Source: an uncultured Bacilli bacterium
Lineage (GTDB): Bacteria > Bacillota_I > Bacilli_A > RF39 > UBA660
Direction of reading: 5' to 3'
Assembly: GCA_947623735.1 (NCBI GenBank)
Contig: CANQHE010000002.1
Span: forward strand, 2,611-66,610
Length of the DNA stretch: 64,000 nucleotides
Shown here: positions 9,482 to 21,243 of the stretch, one piece after another
How positions within the stretch are numbered: position 1 is the first letter of the stretch
Layout of the letters: every line of letters starts with the position of its first letter
Program-made: the position numbers and the translations under genes
The notes under the pieces: model-generated
Seen by the model: only the letters and a program-made list of their open reading frames with translations
Database searches by the model: none
Told to the model about the DNA's origin: nothing

Positions 9482-10265
9482 AATTATCACCAAGAGAAAC
9501 ATCTATTTTTTCATTATCAATTAAAACTTTGTAGGAACGAGTTAGTGTGTCTTTACTAACAACCGGACCAGTACCATTTGGAGTAGTTACAATATCACCA
9601 ATTTCTGGCATTCCTACACTACATCTTAAATATTCATCATCTTCATATGTAAGACAACATAAAAGGCGGCCACATAAACCATTGATTTTAGAAGGATTAA
9701 GGGCTAACCCTTGATTTTTAGCCATATTCATAGAGACAGCATCAATGTGAGTTAAGAAACTAGAGCAACAAAGTTTTTTGCCACAAGGACCAACGCCACC
9801 GATTTCCCGAGCTTTATCACGAGCCCCGATTTGGCGAAGTTCAATTCTTGTGCGATAAATAGCGGCTAGTTTGCGAGCAAGTTCGCGAAAGTCAATCCGT
9901 TCATCAGCGAGAAAATTAAAGATTAATTGTTTGCGGTCAAAAGTGAAAGTGGCATTGATTACTTTCATGTCTAAGTTTAATTCTTTGGCTATTTCCCGAC
10001 AATCTTTTAAAGCCCGGTCAGCATCACGGAGATTTTTTAAGTATTGGTCATAATCACTTTTAGTAGAAATCCGGATAATATCTTTTAATTCATCGATATT
10101 TTTAATGTTAGTATCTTCTAAGTAACTAACAACTTTGCCAAATTGTTCTCCTTTTTCAGTTTCAGTTATGACGGTTACATTAATAGGACACTTAAAGGTA
10201 CTCTTAAAATTATATACTTTACCATTATCTTTAAAATTAACTCCATATATGTAATATTTATTCAT
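9462..10265 (-). CDS. ricT: PSP1-domain protein (RicT/YaaT, stage 0 sporulation protein)
   Basis: The cysteine-rich PSP1 motif GVGPCGKKLCCSSFL...GLCGRLLCCLTYE, and conserved synteny next to holB. Confidence 0.85.
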   Translation of the reverse strand: MNKYYIYGVNFKDNGKVYNFKSTFKCPINVTVITETEKGEQFGKVVSYLEDTNIKNIDELKDIIRISTKSDYDQYLKNLRDADRALKDCREIAKELNLDMKVINATFTFDRKQLIFNFLADERIDFRELARKLAAIYRTRIELRQIGARDKAREIGGVGPCGKKLCCSSFLTHIDAVSMNMAKNQGLALNPSKINGLCGRLLCCLTYEDDEYLRCSVGMPEIGDIVTTPNGTGPVVSKDTLTRSYKVLIDNEKIDVSLGDNYECPIK

Positions 10266-11121
10266 GGCTACCTCGCATTTCTATAACAAATTTGTCTAAT
10301 ATTAGTTCGATACTTACATTATAACTCATATTGGTTAAAATTTGACTAATTATTTGCATTTTTTCTTGAATTTTTTCTTTATCTTCGGGAAGAGAGTAAA
10401 TAGATACTATTTCTTCATTATATTTTAAGTTATTTAGTTTTAAAAAAGTTTGATAATAAATAGCTAGGATAATTTTGAAAATGTTTTCGATATCTTCGCG
10501 ATTCGGAAATTCGTTAAGCAAGAAAGTCTTATGATTAATAAATTCTTGATTATAAATGGCTGCTAAATATAGTTTTATTTTGGAGATGTAAGTAGAAATT
10601 ATTTCCCGGGAAATATTTAGAGTGGATTCTAGAGAAGAATCATCGTATTTTAAAGTGTAAATTTGACAACGACTTTTGATAGTGTCGATCATAATATCTT
10701 TGTTAGTAGTTAGGAAAAAGCCTAAAATACCAGGAGTTGGTTCTTCAAGGAATTTTAACATTGCATTGGCACTACTGGCGTTTAGTTTTTCTGCATTTTT
10801 GATAATATAAATGTTATACTTACTATAAATAGGTTTGGTGCTGAAAGAAACTTTTAAATCTTCGATTTCTTTTTTTTTGATATTAGCGCCGTCAGGTTCA
10901 ATTATTTTTAGACTGGGTAGATTTTCCAGATTAATTAGATTGCATAAATTACAATTACAACATTTTTCTTGGTAATTTTCGGGACAATTAAGATTTTTGA
11001 TTAATAGTTTTATATCATTTAAGGCGAGATTTAAATTGTTTGTCTCAAGCAAATAAGCATGAGAGAGCTTGTTCTCATGATACTTTTGTAAAATTTCATT
11101 TAGGACTTCAGTTTGAGACAT
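10258..11121 (-). CDS. holB: DNA polymerase III delta' subunit
   Basis: LSHAYLLE motif, zinc module CPENYQEKCCNCNLCN, SANAMLKFLEEP and SRCQ motifs. Confidence 0.85.
   Translation of the reverse strand: MSQTEVLNEILQKYHENKLSHAYLLETNNLNLALNDIKLLIKNLNCPENYQEKCCNCNLCNLINLENLPSLKIIEPDGANIKKKEIEDLKVSFSTKPIYSKYNIYIIKNAEKLNASSANAMLKFLEEPTPGILGFFLTTNKDIMIDTIKSRCQIYTLKYDDSSLESTLNISREIISTYISKIKLYLAAIYNQEFINHKTFLLNEFPNREDIENIFKIILAIYYQTFLKLNNLKYNEEIVSIYSLPEDKEKIQEKMQIISQILTNMSYNVSIELILDKFVIEMRGSHE
10601..10614. promoter_or_regulatory. Noc-binding-site-like palindrome ATTTCCCGGGAAAT
   Basis: Perfect 14-bp palindrome inside holB. It encodes NISREII. Confidence 0.7.
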
Positions 11122-11135
11122 ATTTTAATCACCTG

Positions 11136-11321
11136 CTATATTAAGAAGAAAATTAAGACTAAACCTAAGATACTGGGTACTCCTAAAAAGGTTACTAAAC
11201 ATAAAGTTATAATATTTATAGGGATAAATATGTCCATAGCATCTAGTACAATATTTAATCCATACAGCATTATAAAGGCTAGACATAATTTTTTTACTAA
11301 TTTTACGATATAGTTTGCCAT
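11136..11321 (-). CDS. bofA: Pro-sigma-K processing inhibitor BofA
   Basis: 61-aa two-helix membrane protein with IPINIITLCLVTFLGVPSILGL, resembling the BofA C-terminal motif. It occupies the recR-bofA syntenic position. Confidence 0.7.
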   Translation of the reverse strand: MANYIVKLVKKLCLAFIMLYGLNIVLDAMDIFIPINIITLCLVTFLGVPSILGLVLIFFLI

Positions 11322-11359
11322 ATTTCATCACACTTATATATATGATATATGGTTGTTTA

Positions 11360-11962
11360 TTATTCCGAGATTTTTTTACGGTCCTCTAAGGCTTTTTCTA
11401 AAGTAACATTATCTAAATAATCAATTTCAGCACCAATGGGAATACCATAAGCAAGACGAGAAATAGTAACATTCTTATTTTCTAAAATCTTTTTAATATA
11501 AAGAGTTGTTGCTTCGCCTTCAATGGTTGGTTTTAAGGCTAATATAAGTTCGGGATTAGTAAGCGAAGATAGACGAGTTATTAAAGAACTTAAGTTTATA
11601 TCCTCAGGGCCAATATCATCAACGGGAGAAATTAAGCCATTTAAAACGTGATAAGTACCCATAAATTTACCAGATTTTTCAAAAGCCGCGATGTTTTTAA
11701 AGTCTTCGATTACACAAATAGTGTTTTGGTCACGAGTGGTATTACTACATATAGAGCATACTTCTTTATCAGTGATATTGCCACATATAGTGCATCGACT
11801 TAAATTTTTTTTGGCATTTAGAAGAGTCGCACTAAATTCAGATATTTCTTCATCACTAAATTCAATGGTGGCAAAAGCCAAACGTTCCGCACTTTTTTCG
11901 CCGATACCTGGTAATTTTTGATAGTAACTAATTAATTTTTCTAAATCAGAGGGATAAGGCAT
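11360..11962 (-). CDS. recR: Recombination protein RecR
   Basis: LPGIGEKSAERLAF helix-hairpin-helix, a C4 zinc finger CTICGN...CSICS, and a Toprim region. Confidence 0.93.
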   Translation of the reverse strand: MPYPSDLEKLISYYQKLPGIGEKSAERLAFATIEFSDEEISEFSATLLNAKKNLSRCTICGNITDKEVCSICSNTTRDQNTICVIEDFKNIAAFEKSGKFMGTYHVLNGLISPVDDIGPEDINLSSLITRLSSLTNPELILALKPTIEGEATTLYIKKILENKNVTISRLAYGIPIGAEIDYLDNVTLEKALEDRKKISE

Positions 11963-12258
11963 TAGAACATCCCACCTAGTGAACCAAGAGAACCCATTTT
12001 TGTTTCGTATTCTTTATCAATTTTAGCTACGGCTTCATTTAAAGCAATTTTTAGCATATCTTCTAAGGCTTCTTTATCATCTTCTTCTAAAGTACCGGTA
12101 TAAGTAAATTTTATTTCTTTTACTTCTTTTTTACCATTTAGGGTTACATTTACCCATTCAGATGAGCCAGTAAACTCACTATTTTCGATTTCTTCTTTCT
12201 TTTTAGTCAAGTCTCTTTGCATTTTTTGAGCTTGAGCCATTAGGTTTTGCATATTCAT
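11962..12258 (-). CDS. ybaB: Nucleoid-associated protein YbaB/EbfC
   Basis: 98-aa protein starting MNMQNLMAQAQKMQ, located between dnaX and recR. Confidence 0.88.
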   Translation of the reverse strand: MNMQNLMAQAQKMQRDLTKKKEEIENSEFTGSSEWVNVTLNGKKEVKEIKFTYTGTLEEDDKEALEDMLKIALNEAVAKIDKEYETKMGSLGSLGGMF

Positions 12259-12276
12259 ATTTTTTTCCTTCTTTCT

Positions 12277-13980
12277 TTATTCTATTTCTATTTTATCTTT
12301 ATCAAATATGTTAAAAGCAACTTCTTCAATTCCATCTATTTTGGGAGGGTCAGCGGCCTTTTTGATAATTGGTTCACTTTCATAAGTATAGGGAATTTTA
12401 TTTTTTAAATTACTAATATAAGTGGCTTTTTCATCATTCCAGGCGTTTTCATTTAAGGCAACGAATTTGTAGTCTAAGTTAGTTATTTTGTTAAAAGTAG
12501 CACTGATATTATCTAAATTATTATTGATTAAGGGTACTGTGCTATCTATTTTATTTGTTAATATAGCGATGGTATCACTAGCGGCGACAATATTACAATC
12601 GATAATTAAGTTTAGTAAAGTTTTATCCGATAGTTTAGATATATATTCGGGCCATTTGCTTTTTATTTCTTGTAAATTATTTTTGGTTGCACTTACAAAG
12701 CAATTATTAATACGAACTTTTATTAAGGCGGATAACTCACTATTTTCCAGATTAGTGGAAGGCTTGGCGGTTACATTTGCCTCTTCTTTTGGAGCTGATG
12801 CCATTGGTTTTGAACTTTCATCAGATGCTGGCGTTATATTTTGTGAGGAATTTTCGATAATTTCCTTAGGCGCCGGTGATTTTTTTACAGTGTTTATGGA
12901 AACTTTAGATTCATTTATTAATTTTTGCTCCTCTTTTATTGGAGTGTTATCTAATTTATTATGGAAATATTTTAACAAAGTTATTTCAATTAATAAATAA
13001 GGATCGATATTAATATTTACATAGTTAGAGATAGAGGCAAGTTCAAAAGCCATAGTTTTTAAATTTTCATATGATAAGCCTTGATAATTAGGATTTTTTT
13101 TGTTTTGAATGGCTTCATATTCAATTTTTTCAAGCAATTTCTTGATTAAAAGTTTATAATCAATGGCTAATTTTTTAAAATTTTGCATCATTTCTTCAAA
13201 ATGAGCGACATCATTTTTAACAATGCAATTATATAAGTCTGTTATTTGTTTTTTAGATGCCGAACCAAAGTGGGAAATAACATCATTAATCGTTATTTTA
13301 TTAGTATTACTGGATAATTGGTCTAAAATGCTTAAAGCATCGCGCATTCCACCATCACTTATGTAGGCAATTTCTTCTAAGGCTTCATCATCAATCGCGA
13401 TATTTTCTTCATGGACGACGAAATTTAAACGTTTTAAAATGTCATCTAACGAAATTTTATGAAAATCAAATCTTTGACAACGAGATAGGATGGTAATTGG
13501 AACGGCTTCGATGTTGGTTGTAGCAAGAATAAATACGACGTGTTTTGGTGGCTCTTCTAAAGTTAATAGTAAGGCATTAAAGGCACTCGTACTTAGCATA
13601 TGAACCTCATCGATAATATAAACTTTATATTTAGAATAGGCCGGAGCGAGTTTAATGTTATTTATGATTTCTCTTATTTCATCAACACCATTATTAGAGG
13701 CGGCATCGATTTCAATTATATCAGCATTTTCTTTAAAACTTAGGCAACTGGGACATTTATTACAAGGCCCGTTTTCAGTTGGATTTAGACAGTTAATGGC
13801 CTTAGCAAATACTTTGGCGGTGCTAGTTTTCCCAGTACCACGAGGTCCAGAAAAAATGTAAGCATGAGAAATTTTATCTTTTTTGATAGCGTTCTTTAAA
13901 ATGGATACCATGTAATCTTGGCCGATAATGCTGGAAAAATCACTAGGACGGTATTTACGATATAGCACTTTGTAATCCAT
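12277..13980 (-). CDS. dnaX: DNA polymerase III subunit tau/gamma
   Basis: Walker A GPRGTGKTS, zinc module CNKCPSC, DEVHMLS and SRCQRF motifs. Confidence 0.93.
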   Translation of the reverse strand: MDYKVLYRKYRPSDFSSIIGQDYMVSILKNAIKKDKISHAYIFSGPRGTGKTSTAKVFAKAINCLNPTENGPCNKCPSCLSFKENADIIEIDAASNNGVDEIREIINNIKLAPAYSKYKVYIIDEVHMLSTSAFNALLLTLEEPPKHVVFILATTNIEAVPITILSRCQRFDFHKISLDDILKRLNFVVHEENIAIDDEALEEIAYISDGGMRDALSILDQLSSNTNKITINDVISHFGSASKKQITDLYNCIVKNDVAHFEEMMQNFKKLAIDYKLLIKKLLEKIEYEAIQNKKNPNYQGLSYENLKTMAFELASISNYVNINIDPYLLIEITLLKYFHNKLDNTPIKEEQKLINESKVSINTVKKSPAPKEIIENSSQNITPASDESSKPMASAPKEEANVTAKPSTNLENSELSALIKVRINNCFVSATKNNLQEIKSKWPEYISKLSDKTLLNLIIDCNIVAASDTIAILTNKIDSTVPLINNNLDNISATFNKITNLDYKFVALNENAWNDEKATYISNLKNKIPYTYESEPIIKKAADPPKIDGIEEVAFNIFDKDKIEIE

Positions 13981-14010
13981 TTTTAATCACCCATCATCAT
14001 TATACCATAG

Positions 14011-14439
14011 TTATTGGTTTTTGTCCCTTTTCTTTTGAAAAAAGTCACTTAAATATTGAGCATAGGTTTGTTCTTGCGTACGTATGTTTGCTTTGGTAAA
14101 TTTAGTTTTATTATATTCTTTTTTAGAAGATGGTTTTTCTAGCAAGTAATACACATTATTAATTCGGGCTTGTTTAATGGCTGATTCACACATTGGGCAT
14201 GGTTTTAAAGTTACATATAAATCGCAATCTTGAAGTCGCCAATCTTTTAATTTTCTACTAGCTTTTTTAATTACTAACATTTCCGCATGGTTACACACAT
14301 TTTTTTTAGAAACGCGGGTATTATAGGCCTTAGCTATAACCTTATTATTGTAGGTAATAAGTGCACTTACAGGAACTTCATCTTTCTTGGCGGCTTTTTG
14401 TGCTAGTTTCAATAATATATCAAAATATTTTTCTTCCAT
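14011..14439 (-). CDS. tadA: tRNA-specific adenosine deaminase
   Basis: CDA motifs HAEM and PCPMC. Start set at ATG 14439 (SD GGAGGA); the longer ORF-track start would overlap the SRP RNA. Confidence 0.88.
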   Translation of the reverse strand: MEEKYFDILLKLAQKAAKKDEVPVSALITYNNKVIAKAYNTRVSKKNVCNHAEMLVIKKASRKLKDWRLQDCDLYVTLKPCPMCESAIKQARINNVYYLLEKPSSKKEYNKTKFTKANIRTQEQTYAQYLSDFFQKKRDKNQ

Positions 14440-14451
14440 TTTATCCTCCAT

Positions 14452-14529
14452 AAAAAAAGTGCACACAAATAGGGATTGATGTGGCTGCTACTTTCCAGTT
14501 CTGACCAGGTTACAATATATTTGTTGCAC
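14452..14529 (-). ncRNA. ffs: Small (4.5S-type) signal recognition particle RNA
   Basis: The minus strand reads GUGCAACAAAUA...CCUGGUCAGAACUGGAAAGUAGCAGCCACAUC...UAUUUGUGUGCAC plus a U-run. The domain IV motif GGUCAG..GGAA..AGCAGCC and a closing helix are present. Confidence 0.8.
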
Positions 14530-14570
14530 GATATAAATGTATCACATTTTTTTAGTTTTGGCAAGAGGAA

Positions 14571-14586
14571 TGTTTCACGTGAAACA
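14571..14586. promoter_or_regulatory. parS site 1 (TGTTTCACGTGAAACA)
   Basis: Perfect 16-bp palindrome matching the ParB/Spo0J parS consensus tGTTnCACGTGAAACa. Confidence 0.85.
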
Positions 14587-14645
14587 TATTTTTTTGTTTT
14601 TTTGACATTTTTTAAAAATTTTATAAGTTTTTTCATTTGAGACAA

Positions 14646-14661
14646 TGTTTCACGTGAAACA
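14646..14661. promoter_or_regulatory. parS site 2 (TGTTTCACGTGAAACA)
   Basis: Perfect 16-mer. The palindrome extends to 22 bp (14643-14664). Confidence 0.85.
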
Positions 14662-14782
14662 TTGTTTATAACTTTTTAATAATTTATTTTTTAATTTAAA
14701 TAAAAATAGTATTTGTTGGTTATTTTATTGGTGGTTTTAATTTTATTTATATTTTTTTGTTTGAAAATGTTTTTTGGAACAA

Positions 14783-14798
14783 TGTTTCACGTGAAACA
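14783..14798. promoter_or_regulatory. parS site 3 (TGTTTCACGTGAAACA)
   Basis: Perfect 16-mer. The palindrome extends to 24 bp (14779-14802). Confidence 0.85.
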
Positions 14799-14940
14799 TT
14801 GTTAGTAAATTTTGAATTATAAGAAAAATTATTCAAGTTTTAGTTTTTAGTTAAAACAATTATCATTTAATTATTAAACATTAATTATTTTATGAAATTT
14901 CAATTCATTAATTATAAATTAGTTTATTTTAAGTTGATAA

Positions 14941-14956
14941 GGTTTCACGTGAAACA
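14941..14956. promoter_or_regulatory. parS site 4 (GGTTTCACGTGAAACA)
   Basis: One terminal mismatch to the 16-mer. Confidence 0.75.
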
Positions 14957-15019
14957 TATGTTGATAATTTATTGCTTTTAATTCCAGTGTTATTCCATTG
15001 ATTACTTTTTGTGATTCAA

Positions 15020-15035
15020 TGTTTCACGTGAAACC
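15020..15035. promoter_or_regulatory. parS site 5 (TGTTTCACGTGAAACC)
   Basis: One terminal mismatch to the 16-mer. Confidence 0.75.
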
Positions 15036-15063
15036 TTTTATAATTTTCCATATGTTTTATTAG

Positions 15064-15072
15064 TTATCCACA
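15064..15072 (+). promoter_or_regulatory. Isolated perfect DnaA box TTATCCACA
   Basis: Exact 9-mer, 29 bp from parS site 5 and 50 bp from the gyrA stop. Confidence 0.5.
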
Positions 15073-15121
15073 TTATTTTTTTGATTTATCTATTTATAAA
15101 AAAGGACATAAAAAAACTGCT

Positions 15122-17560
15122 CTAAGCAGTTTCTTCAGTTATTTCTGGTTCTTCTGGTTGTTTATCAACTAAGCTTATGGTTGTAACGAACTGATTCTCT
15201 TTAAGATTTATTAATCTAACACCTTGGGTAACACGTCCTAAAGTATTAATTTGTTCTAAGGACATTCTCATAGTAGTACCAGTATTAGTCATAATTACTA
15301 ACTCTTTATTTTCTAAAGCTACTTTAACACTGGCGATATTACCATTCTTTTCCGTTAGATTAAGGGCTTTTACACCTTTACTACCACGGCTTGTTTCTCT
15401 AAATTCTTTTACTAATGTTTTTTTACCATAACCTTTTTCAGTTACTAACAATATTTTATCATCTTCGGTTACTACTTCAGCACAGACACATTTGCCACCA
15501 TCAAGATTGATTCCTTTAACACCAGAAGCTGTACGACCCATAGCGCGGATATTCTTTTCATTGAATTTAACCATACGACCTTTTTCACTACCTAGTAACA
15601 CATAGTTTTCACCAGATGTTTTCTTGACGGCTAGTAGTTCATCGTTTGATTTAAGGCTAATACATATTTTGCCAGACGTACGTATGTTTGTAAACTCGTT
15701 AATTGATGTCTTTTTAACGAGGCCATTTTTGGTTACAAATAACAAATATTTAGTTTCTTCATTTGGTGAAATACTAAGCATTGTGTTTATTGTTTCGTCT
15801 TTATCTATCTGTAACAAGTTTATAATTGGAAGGCCTTTAGATTGACGATTGAATTCAGGAATTTCGTATCCTTTTAAGCGATATACTTTACCTTTATTAG
15901 TGAAGAAGAGCAAATAATCATGACTTGAGAGATTAATTATTTGTTCGACGAAATCTTCTTCATTTGTTGTCATGCCTTTGATACCCATGCCTCCACGTTT
16001 TTGAGCTTTAAAAGTATCTGATGTAGTACGTTTAATATAACCTTTATTAGTTAAAGCAATAAGAATATCTTCTTCAGGAATTAGCGATTCATCTTCGATA
16101 TATTCAATTGCACTCATATCGATATCAGTACGACGTTTATCACCATATTTTTCTTTTATTTCTAATAGTTCATCTTTAATTATAGCAAGAACTTTTTCTT
16201 CGGATGCTAAAATACTTCTTAATTCATCGATTAGAGCTAAAAGTTCTTTTAATTCAGCTTCAATTTTATCTCTTTCTAAACCGGTTAATCTTCTTAGACG
16301 CATTTCTAAGATGGCTTCTGATTGAGCTTCGGATAGGTTAAATTTGGTCATTAAACCTTCTTTAGCTTCTTCATCAGACTGGGATGCACGAATAAGTTTA
16401 ATTACCTCATCAATGTGGTCTAAAGCTATTTTTAAACCCTCTAAAATATGAACACGTTTTTCAGCTTTATCTAAATCGAATTTAGTACGACGAATTATTA
16501 CTTCTTTTTGATGGTCAATATATTTAGAGATAATGTCTTTTAGACCTAAAGTTTTAGGAACACCATTATCAAGCATTAAGAAAATAATTCCATATGTTGT
16601 TTGAAAAGCGGTATGTTTATACAATTTATTTAAAATAACACTGGCATTGGCATCTTTTCTTAAAGATATAGTAATTTTAACTCCGTCTTTTAAGTCGACG
16701 TGATAATCAGTTATACCATCTAAAACTTTATTATGGACAAGTTCGGCCACTTTATTTTTTAGTTCAAGAGTATTTACACCATAAGGGACTTCGTTTACCA
16801 CGATGTATTCGCGGCCATTTTTTTCTTCAATAGTAGCCCGAGAACGAATAGTGATACTACCACGACCGGTTTCGTAGGCTTTTTTAATGCCACTGTTGCC
16901 TAAAATAATGGCGCCCGTTGGAAAGTCCGGACCTTTAATGTATTCCATTAAGCCAGCGGTATCAATATCGGGGTTATCGATATAAGCAATACAACCATCG
17001 ATTACTTCGCCTAAATTATGAGGAGGAATATTAGTTGCCATACCTACAGCAATACCCATCGTACCATTTACTAAAATATTAGGAAATCTTGAAGGCAAGA
17101 CGGCGGGTTCTTTAGTGGTTTCATCATAGTTGGGAGTAAAATCAACTGTATCTTTATTGATATCTCTTAGTAATTCCATGGAAATCTTAGCAAGTTTCGC
17201 CTCAGTATAACGATAAGCGGCCGCGCCATAACCTTCGATGTTACCAAAGTTTCCATGACCATCTACTAACATATAACGATAGTTGAAGTCTTGGGCCATA
17301 CGAACCATCGCTTCATAAATACTAGAGTCACCATGAGGGTGATATTTACCCATAACGTCACCAACTATAGTGGCACTTTTTCGGTATTGTTTATCGGGAG
17401 TTAGACCATTTTGAAGCATATCGTATAAAATACGACGATGGACTGGTTTTAGACCATCTCGTAAATCGGGTAAAGCACGAGAGACTATAACACTCATGGA
17501 ATACTCTAAAAATGATTTACTTATTTCATCTACTATATTATTTTTTTCAAATTTATCCAT
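15122..17560 (-). CDS. gyrA: DNA gyrase subunit A
   Basis: The active-site region [11 protein letters not shown], the QRDR-like [18 protein letters not shown], and a C-terminal beta-pinwheel. Confidence 0.96.
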   Translation of the reverse strand: MDKFEKNNIVDEISKSFLEYSMSVIVSRALPDLRDGLKPVHRRILYDMLQNGLTPDKQYRKSATIVGDVMGKYHPHGDSSIYEAMVRMAQDFNYRYMLVDGHGNFGNIEGYGAAAYRYTEAKLAKISMELLRDINKDTVDFTPNYDETTKEPAVLPSRFPNILVNGTMGIAVGMATNIPPHNLGEVIDGCIAYIDNPDIDTAGLMEYIKGPDFPTGAIILGNSGIKKAYETGRGSITIRSRATIEEKNGREYIVVNEVPYGVNTLELKNKVAELVHNKVLDGITDYHVDLKDGVKITISLRKDANASVILNKLYKHTAFQTTYGIIFLMLDNGVPKTLGLKDIISKYIDHQKEVIIRRTKFDLDKAEKRVHILEGLKIALDHIDEVIKLIRASQSDEEAKEGLMTKFNLSEAQSEAILEMRLRRLTGLERDKIEAELKELLALIDELRSILASEEKVLAIIKDELLEIKEKYGDKRRTDIDMSAIEYIEDESLIPEEDILIALTNKGYIKRTTSDTFKAQKRGGMGIKGMTTNEEDFVEQIINLSSHDYLLFFTNKGKVYRLKGYEIPEFNRQSKGLPIINLLQIDKDETINTMLSISPNEETKYLLFVTKNGLVKKTSINEFTNIRTSGKICISLKSNDELLAVKKTSGENYVLLGSEKGRMVKFNEKNIRAMGRTASGVKGINLDGGKCVCAEVVTEDDKILLVTEKGYGKKTLVKEFRETSRGSKGVKALNLTEKNGNIASVKVALENKELVIMTNTGTTMRMSLEQINTLGRVTQGVRLINLKENQFVTTISLVDKQPEEPEITEETA

Positions 17561-17570
17561 TTAAAACCTC

Positions 17571-20575
<3,005 letters not shown>

Positions 20576-20664
20576 TTTTGGCCTCTTCTTGGATGTTTTT
20601 TTAAAATACTGGTATTTGATGTACTCCTATACCTAGATTAATTATATCATAAAATATAAGGATT

Positions 20665-21117
20665 TTAAAGGTATTTTTTATTATTTCGACCTCTTAAAGC
20701 AGATTCTAAACGAGTTGCCCGAAGGACTTGATGGTCAAAAATAGAATAAGTGATATTTAAAGTTATTTTTTGATTATTTTTAAACTCAATTAAGACTTTT
20801 TTATTGGGATGTGGATAATAATTTAAGATATTATTTAAGGTTATCCAAGCACATTTAGTATTCCTAATAGAATGAGTGGGTATTAAGATTAATTTAGTAG
20901 CATCATTTAAGATAATTGGGGGTTTATAATTAGAACCAATTAAATAGGAACTTCCTTTTTGACGACCTTCAAGACTGGAGCCATGAATGTAGCAATTACG
21001 TGTTATTATCTCACTCGTTTTTTCGGAAACAACAAAGTTACTCGTCATTTCGATAATATGACTTTTTTTACCTTTCGGAATAATTGCATTCGTTTTTTCA
21101 TTTATTATATAGGGCAT
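20665..21117 (-). CDS. comK: ComK-family competence transcription factor homolog
   Basis: NCYIHGSSLEGRQKGSSYLIGSNYKPPIILND...LIPTHSIRNTKCAWITLNNI aligns well with the B. subtilis ComK core (RFFGSSYAGRKAG...HKPPIMVDP...FPT...C-WI). Confidence 0.75.
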   Translation of the reverse strand: MPYIINEKTNAIIPKGKKSHIIEMTSNFVVSEKTSEIITRNCYIHGSSLEGRQKGSSYLIGSNYKPPIILNDATKLILIPTHSIRNTKCAWITLNNILNYYPHPNKKVLIEFKNNQKITLNITYSIFDHQVLRATRLESALRGRNNKKYL

Positions 21118-21164
21118 AAAAATGCCTCCTTTCGTAAAAATAACTATGTTATATCACAAATAGG

Positions 21165-21191
21165 AGGCGAAATTTGTCGAATTTTGGCGAG
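21165..21191 (+). promoter_or_regulatory. Three 10-bp-phased Spo0A-box-like repeats upstream of the comK-like gene
   Basis: AGGCGAA (21165), TGTCGAA (21175) and TGGCGAG (21185). The centre box is a perfect TGNCGAA 0A box within TTTGTCGAA. Confidence 0.55.
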
Positions 21192-21243
21192 AACATTAAA
21201 TTTTTTTAAAAATTTCGTGATTTTGGGGTAAATTTAGGCTTTT

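Noticed and set aside
11125-11331. 68-aa alternative frame overlapping the bofA ORF.
   Set aside because: The other frame (11136-11321) gives the BofA-like IPIN...LG-P membrane motif. The 68-aa frame has no membrane or family features.
14409-14645. 78-aa minus-strand ORF in the gyrA-tadA gap.
   Set aside because: It reads through the SRP RNA gene and parS sites 1-2, has a TTG start and no SD, and its composition is Lys/Phe low-complexity typical of AT-rich non-coding DNA.
14571-15035. The five regularly recurring palindromes could be mistaken for a small CRISPR array.
   Set aside because: The repeat is only 16-24 bp and equals the parS consensus. The spacers are irregular (59-142 bp) and extremely AT-rich. 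No cas genes or leader are present.
14530-15121. An rRNA operon or tRNA genes were expected downstream of gyrA, as with rrnO in B. subtilis.
   Set aside because: No rRNA- or tRNA-like sequence (conserved 16S 5' end, T-loop GTTCGAATC-type motifs) is visible here. I recognised no tRNA or rRNA gene anywhere in the window, though a tRNAscan or Infernal run would be needed to be certain.
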